From Kudoa neothunni (Eukaryota > Animalia > Cnidaria), in NCBI GenBank assembly GCA_964304625.1, contig OZ199839.1:1188021-1252020 (forward strand): DNA of 64,000 bases, written 5' to 3'. The translations under genes were made by a program, and so were the position numbers. The notes below the pieces were generated by a model. It made no database searches and was not told the DNA's origin. It was given only the letters and a program-made list of their open reading frames with translations. Positions within the stretch are counted from its first letter, which is position 1. Each line of letters opens with the position of its first letter. Of the stretch, positions 56,520-64,000 are shown piece by piece.

Positions 56520-59500
56520 TCACTTCTTTATTAAAGTAGACTATTAGGTACCGTATTTGAGCGAGATGTAAATTACATTTATTATGCGGATGAATCAAAC
56601 ATCAATTGATTCATTATTTACTGCAGGATAACTTAAATTTGAATAAATATTAAAAATATTAAATATTTTGCATTAGTTGTACTAATTTTCATTATAACAT
56701 ATATTAACCACACAACCTAAATATGACAAATTTAATTTCAAATTTTGATATTTATAAAATCATATACAATGACCGAAGATTTGTAATCTAGTTAATTTAG
56801 AACGAAGAACATTTATCTATTGTTAAAATTAATTAAAAATGTTTATCTTCAGAGATTATTACGATCAATTCATTTTACATAGGATTAACGGCACTCAATA
56901 ATGAGAAAATGATTTAGATTCAACTAATTTTTTTAATTTAAATAGGAAATTTAATAATTATGCAAGATCAAACTTTCTAATTTATAGCTAAGAAAATTAA
57001 GAATGATATTTTTTAAACAATGTTTTACCAATCTAATTTATATATATATATATATTAGCCCTTTTGATCCCAGTATATTCAAAAATATACATTGCAAAAA
57101 TTTAAATTCTCAGAAAGTGCTATTTGGAATATTCTGTCTACAATCGTATTATGAAATTTTAATTAACTCATTATTTTTAAATATTCCGTAATTACAGTAA
57201 ACTTAAATCAGAAGATATTAATAAAATTATTAAAATTGCATTATTTTGAAAATAGGATAATTATCCATGCGTTGGTTCAAAATTATAATAACACGCAGCT
57301 ATGTAAAAAATATTTTTTTTATAATAGTAACTAACAAAAATATTTGTATGAGTTATCAAAACAAAACATAAACTTTCAAAGAGATTCACATGTAAATATA
57401 TCCGTATATTTAAATATAAATTGGGCCCATATGTGACGGAGTTGACACCCCATAACGGATCACGACGTTAGATCAAAAAGCTACAACCTAGTCCTATACC
57501 TGAAGACGTTGTTGTTCACCAAGTGCTGAAATTGCTTATCCATGTAAAATCTCAAAATAAGATACTATTAGTGTGTTATGTATAAGAAACGATGGTCCAA
57601 AGTAAAAGTGAAATATTTCAACTGGTAAATATTGTCATTTTAATGAGATAAAAGAAACCAAAATTCTTAATAGAATATTTCTAGAGGTTTTTAAGCGATT
57701 CGTTGTTTGACATGATTGTACGAGACACCAATACAAAATCTTTCCAATGTGACCATTTTCTTCAGAAACGACGTTGTAAAGATGAGAAAATACATAGATA
57801 TCATTCTTAAATGGAAATGTTCCCAATGCCTTGGATTTTTTACAATCTCCAGGATAATTTGAACTATTTTCTTATTTCTAGTTTTTCCAAAAGTTTAAGA
57901 TTTGAACGTTTACTATATATATATATTTATTTCAATTGCAAAGCCAAAATAAAAACCAATTAATCTTCAAGACACTATAACAGTTTTCCCACAATAAGAC
58001 ACATTAAATCACTTATTATCATCATTTTTAAATATTTATCCTAAGAGTAAATATTTAATAGTTAAACAAATGATCCCTTTTAAGGTGCACAGGACGCAAT
58101 TGAAAACATGTCTAAACATCCGATTAGCTGAGGGTTTAAAATTTTTATAAGGAGGGGAATGTACGATTTTATTTGATTTATCGTTCATACTATAGAAATC
58201 TTCACAAGAAATAAAGTAGGTACGGATTCGGAGGACTGTCCTTAAATTATGTAAATATACGTCATATTTCCCAAAAATAATTGTTATTTTTTGATAACTG
58301 GTTCACAAATATATCCACGCAGATAGTTTGTTTAAAAAATTCTTTTCTACCAACGCAATCAGATCAGATCGGGAGAAAAATTAACTTTGTAATTTGAAAA
58401 ATCGTGGAAGAGGAAAGGTTGTGGTGCTTTTGAATGTGTCAAATAAATAAAATATAGAATTTTCTTAATTTGATGGATTTTGGATATGTGGTTAACTTAA
58501 TCATCTTCAACTCGTTCGACGTTTGAAGCTACTAGATCAATACAAAGCTTTTGGAGGACCAAAAAGTTCTCAATATTCTATGCCAATATTTCCCAACCTA
58601 GGGATCATGGACCCCCAAAAGGTCCCTGAGAAGTTTTTAATCTTAGAGACATAGTCATTCGTAATCCGCGGTTACTATAAATTACGACTATAGAAAAAAT
58701 TCCGGAACAATAATGCCATAAATATAAATTTACGTGGTTAATACTCTTAAAGATTCATATTCGATTAGCTTAACTAGTCGGAAGTCAGTGAACAAAAAAT
58801 GTTGGAAAACATTGTTCTGTACCCCTCTGCGGTAATCGAATACAACGAGAACAATGGCGGAGTAGATGTTTCGAATATATCAAACTGAACGTGTGAAAAA
58901 TTTAGTATGGGAATATTTTATTTGGCCATAAATATTTCTATTTGGTAGTCGTAGTTATTTTACAGAAAAAATTGTAGAATGAGGAAGGTTGAAAGCAATA
59001 GCACTTTTTATCTACCAGGTTTTACATCCAAAACAGGATTTTATGGCTAGTAACAGTAAATTTATAATAGAGTATCCGGCTATAGTTTTTATGCAAATTG
59101 TAATAATCAGAAAAACAAGACAACAATTTCATCTTTTCCTCGGCTATTCTCTATTAATCAGCTAATAATCTATACTATTAAAAAATCTATTTAACCCTCG
59201 AAAAACTTACGCGTGTGTCGAAGGGAACCTAAGGTACCCCAGAGGTTTTTCAACTTACTTCGCTCGCAGGGATAAAAAATTTGATGGCGTCTCTTTCCAC
59301 AACAATGGTACATGCACGATGATTATAGGATTAGTTTTATATGTTTTAAGCGAATAACTAAATTTCAAACGATAATATTACCTTTTTATATTTTATTTAA
59401 CTGCAAAAACATCATATAAGACCAAATCTAGCGCTTAAAATCAAGTGTTGCAATATAAAATCATTTAATATTATACGAGATTTATAAAATAAGTTATTGA

Positions 59501-59897
59501 TTACAAATAATTATTTACTTTATTATTCTTATTTATTTGTGGTTAAAAATAATTTGGAAAGCGATTTCATTATTAGGGAAAACAAGTTAGCGATGAGTCC
59601 TGAACCTGACAAGATGACTGAGGATGTAATAATGAGCACATTTTTGTGTCTATTCTCCTTACAACATAAATTTTTTTTATACACGTAACTCTGATAAGCT
59701 CATAATAATATTGACATCAAAGTTCAACTTTTTGGTTTGGTTTAAGTTTAATTATGCCATGATTATCAAAAATGTGGACACAATGTTTTGCGACCGTTCT
59801 TTATTTTGCACCAACTACCGCGTAACCATCTACTAAAATTTGTAAAACCGTCTGAAGTCAATATAGATACACTTGTGATCCTCATATGGGTTATAAA

Positions 59898-62800
59898 TAG
59901 GGTTTGCAATTTTCGACGTTTATTTTATGAATAAAAGAAAAATAAGTTTTATCAGAGACTAAAAAACAAATTTTTATAGAATAAAAATAATTATTTTGAG
60001 TAACTACTAGTTAAAATAGAGATGGACCGTTAAAATGGAGCATCGAAACCATTGAAGCGCGTTCATTTGAGAGTTTCATTCGTCCTTTTCGAATTATATA
60101 ATTTAATTTCGAAAAGCTTCGTTCTACAGCGATAGATGAAATGGGTAATGCCAACTAATCCAACGAAAGTTTTGACAACAATGGGCAAATATTGGATTTT
60201 TCCTTCCAAAAGTCTCTAGTGATAGAAGGATGATTTGAATCCATAATTGCCTTACAAAGGAAATTGTATTCATCTTTAAGGATAACTTTGTCTTTAACCC
60301 CTATTAACCCTCGGAAGCCGGAACTCAAAAAACTTACGCGGGTGCCGGTGGGGGTAGTTCACTTACCCCAGAGATTCTCAATGTTGCTGCGCTTATTTGA
60401 TAAGATTTGTTATTTCAAATGGTTAACAATCATATAAATTTGAATAAAACGACCTTGGAAGTGAAAATAATTAAATGATTTAGAAGAAAAATACAAGTGA
60501 TTAATAATAGGTATTTCCATAAAAAAGGCACGGCAAAACATTATACTTACCAGAAATATAGATTATGTGATAAAATGGGCATCTATAAATTTATAGAAAT
60601 CTTAATGCTAATTTTTAGTGAGTTTCTACTATTTTCACGAAACGGCCGACGGCAGCATCGTTATGAGATTATCCGACGATATTCGTTAATCTTATAATTA
60701 TGCCGAGGATTAAACTAGCCGGGAAGCGATTTGAAGCAATCAATCTTAATAAACTAACTTCAAATTTGTGTTATCCCGGTATAAATAAATTTTAATATCA
60801 AAAATACATTTTTTAAAATAAAATAAACTGATTATAAATTTACAGGTTAACAGCCATTACATGCTATTTTTTCTAAGTAAATTTTCAACAAAATTCCTAA
60901 AATAGTGTTTATAGTATAAACTGTGAGAAACTAATTATTGTTCATAGATACGACCAATTTCTATATGTAACAAAATATGTTGTATTATATGATGTAATAA
61001 TTTATCAATTCGGATTTAAATTGCAATGTGAACATTGCACAACACTTTTTTGAACACGATGTGACCGACATACAGGTTTTTTGCATACACTGCAAAAAAT
61101 TCTAGTCTTCTGGTCAATAGTTCTAGGGCAGTGGACACATCTTGAATGAGATCCCGTTGAAATTTCGTTGTTCGAAGTGGATAATTCATTATTTCCTACG
61201 TGGTTATTAAATATATCGAATCCAGATTTGAGGTGTGCATGATAAGCATTGTTTAACGTTTGTTGAAGCAAAATATTGGGTTTGATGAGTTCGGTCGCCA
61301 ATTCACGAAGAAAATACTGCCTGCGACTTCGATCAGTTGATCGCCAATCTGGATTGTTTGACACCCAAATTATGTAAGCATTCAACGCCGACATGTCAAT
61401 CAGGTCCATAAACATTTTTAAGGGCCATCTTCTTGTTGTTCGCGAACAGGTATAGAGTTGGGTCATCCGGTCACCGTTATCAACACGTCCCTTCGTCTTA
61501 TTGTAATGAACAATAATCTCAGGCCGTCTTCTTTCTGATTGTTCAACCGAGCTATCGTGATATTCCGTGGATAACAGAAAAACATTACGATTCTTCTTTG
61601 GAACATACGACACAATTGTCAAGTCGTCAGAGAAACAAAAAGTTGAGGAGAGTTCATTATGATTAGCGTTGTTTCGGAGGATTTCAGGAATATATCTGTT
61701 ATTTTTTCTAAGCGTCCCAGTCAAAGTTATATTTCTCTCCAACAAAAATAACGCCAAAGGAACGGAGGTGAAAAAGTTGTCGGTGGTCAATCCTCGTCCA
61801 CTACCATAAAACGGACTCATGAGATCCTTGACAACCCTTTCACCTTGCTTACTTTCTTTGACGTTTCCAATTTTTCTGGTGTATGGCTGAACGTTCAGCA
61901 AATATGACATATTAACGTCAGCGGCAACCCACAATTTCATGCCAAACCGGACTGGCTTACTTTTTATATAAACTCGAAAGGGGCATCTGCCACGGAAACC
62001 TACCATTCGCTCATCAAACGTTATATGCGTACCAGGCGTATAGTTTTTTTGAATGCTTCGTTAATTTGTTCAAAAATCTCACGAATTGGTTCAAATTTAT
62101 CTCGAGAAGTGTTAAAACCTTGACGCTCTTGTTGACCTGTCATCGAAACGAATGGTTCGGTAAATAAGACTGAATCTATCTCTCGAAATAGCGGCTGAGA
62201 AGAATGCTTGCTTAAATAACGGATTCATTTCCAAAATGTTTCTCACGATACTCTAGATCCATTACCACGTCCAGCTGCAATCAAAACACCCAGAAAAGCC
62301 ATCAATTCCTCCATTGTTATTGCATTCATGCTGTTATAGCGATCAATGGATTGCCGAAATTTATTCGTATAGAATAATATTTTTTCTAACACAAAATTAG
62401 AAAAAAATGGCATGAACGATGATAAAATATCAGAGATATTGCTTGCGTCACCGATAGGGCCAGAATTAACATTAACAAAATTGTGGAAATTGGTGCGTGT
62501 TCTGGATTTTAGACCACACTCCCACTGAAATCCTGATTTAGACGTCGATATTTCAATTGGGTTCCCATCATTGTCGTTATCGTTCATTTTTTGATTCTCC
62601 GAGTCCTCAGGATATTCCACACAATCCTCATAAAATGATTCATCTGATAAATGACTTTCAAAATCTGTCACTATCAACATATGCTTCTTCATCGACAAAA
62701 TCGCTGATGAGATCATCTGAATTATCTTCGTATGACATTTTTTCTGTAGAAATATTAAGTTTTTGCAAAATTTTTCATAAATCGGCATACACTTACAAAC

Positions 62801-64000
62801 CTGAATGATTAAAACGTGATTCGCGCGACTTTCTGGATAATCTCATATTAATACAATAATCCATCGGGCTCCGTCGGTGACAATTAAGGACTGACTGTTA
62901 TTGGGCTCCTTCGCCTTTTATTTATATTCTAAAATCTTTTAGGATATTTGTTATTATTTTTTTTATAATAACAATATTATTTAAAAGAATTAGCAAGTAT
63001 TATTAACACGAAAATAAATAACTTCAAATTTAAAGATGCCTTATCTACGTTGAATTTAAAGGATATAAAAACGTATTCTAATATATACGAAGCATTAATT
63101 ATGTTGGAAGATTATCCGAAGGTAAATATGGTTCTTTAAAATTTTAAGAGGAAAATTTCAGCAAATACATACATTGGGGTGCACGAACTACCCCGCTTCG
63201 TCCCGGAAGGGTTAAATAACAAAGATCATCATTATGTCCATTTTCAATCGATAATGGCGTTGCTGGATCAACGCTTTTGATTGTTTTAAAGAAAGTGGCT
63301 GATGGAAAACAATCATTAATACAATGTTCTATAAAATCATGGATTTTTTCGATGATGCTCCCGCGAAAAGATTCAATTTTATTGATAAGATTTGTTCTAA
63401 TTTCAAATGGAAAAAGTCCAAGATTATCTTTGTGATCATTCAGAAAATTCTTCTTCATTTCAAAATCATTATTCATCCAGTCGAATATACTTGAAAAACA
63501 AAAATTATCGTTAGTTTCAATACGTTTCGAAAATTCAACCAGCGGCGTAAGTTCATCAATTAGCATAATGACAGAGAGAAATAAGACATTGATATTCTCA
63601 GAATTAATTAGTAGAATTTCATTTAGACGTTTTTCCAAATTCTAAGGGTTTAACTTCATTTAGAAAATCGACAACAGCTGGATAATATTCTTTTATTTGC
63701 TTTAAGCAATTGTAAAAAACTATACCAACGGATATCCATGACACGAGGAATTTCTTTGACATTTTCCAAATCGTTGTTCTTGAGATGAACCAGAAATGTT
63801 CTTTTTCCATTTCTATTCTTTGACAGAATAGATGAAAACTTCATGCAGAATTTTTTAATATCTAAGAAATATTCGTCAGTAGCTTTTCGGACAGCAAAGT
63901 GGATAATATGAGAAAAGCATGGAATTCGAATAATATGTGGATACATTGCTTTCAAATCATTGATGAATTTTTTCATGTATGATGCTGAATCCGAAATAAT
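59898..64000 (-). mobile_element. hAT transposon (runs off the window), interrupted by piggyBac
   Basis: The end TAGGGTTTGC falls exactly where homology to the duplicated unit stops. Minus-strand motifs IPCFSHIIH (CxxH) and DIRWYS; beyond the piggyBac, FWKEK...PLLSKL..LPISSIAVERSFS (hAT C-terminal domain). Confidence 0.85.
60308..63211 (-). mobile_element. piggyBac transposon with near-complete PGBD4-like transposase (61005-62788, frameshifted in the 5' half)
   Basis: TTAA TSD at 60304-07 and 63212-15, CCCT/AGGG ends, and subterminal ggggtagttc..acccca. Catalytic motifs TFDERMVGFRGR, TDNFFTS and KGRVDNGD, plus a Cys-rich C-terminal domain. Confidence 0.93.

Larger units (their letters stand above)
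37598..59897. repeat. Tandem segmental duplication of a ~6.7-kb unit (Kunitz gene, promoter, piggyBac remnants); units start near 37598, 45664 and 54253, the third is interrupted at 59898
   Basis: Colinear blocks recur. The periods are 8066 and 8589 bp, which become about 6670 and 6690 after removing the copy-specific Tc1 and Tigger insertions. Confidence 0.9.

Overview
This is AT-rich, compact eukaryotic (metazoan) genomic DNA with many short (about 35-70 nt) spliceosomal introns and fast-evolving genes. That profile fits a parasitic lineage such as a myxozoan, but the taxon is inference only. Genes, left to right: the 3' end of an unidentified gene, a claudin/PMP22-like four-TM gene, an MS4A/CD20-like four-TM gene, MELK kinase, a secreted five-Kunitz-domain gene (+), a large orphan type I membrane protein, an AdipoR/PAQR receptor, an intact glutathione-synthetase-fold gene that lacks most catalytic residues, and a tandem array of four more five-Kunitz genes (-). 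The array is built on a ~6.7-kb duplicated unit, and each copy of the unit has been hit by a different DNA transposon (Tc1/IS630-like, Tigger/pogo, hAT with a nested piggyBac). The best candidates for a new system are the pseudo-glutathione synthetase and the adjoining, diversifying, disulfide-depleted penta-Kunitz family, which together look like a host-interaction (effector) locus. All alignments and gene models were made by eye.
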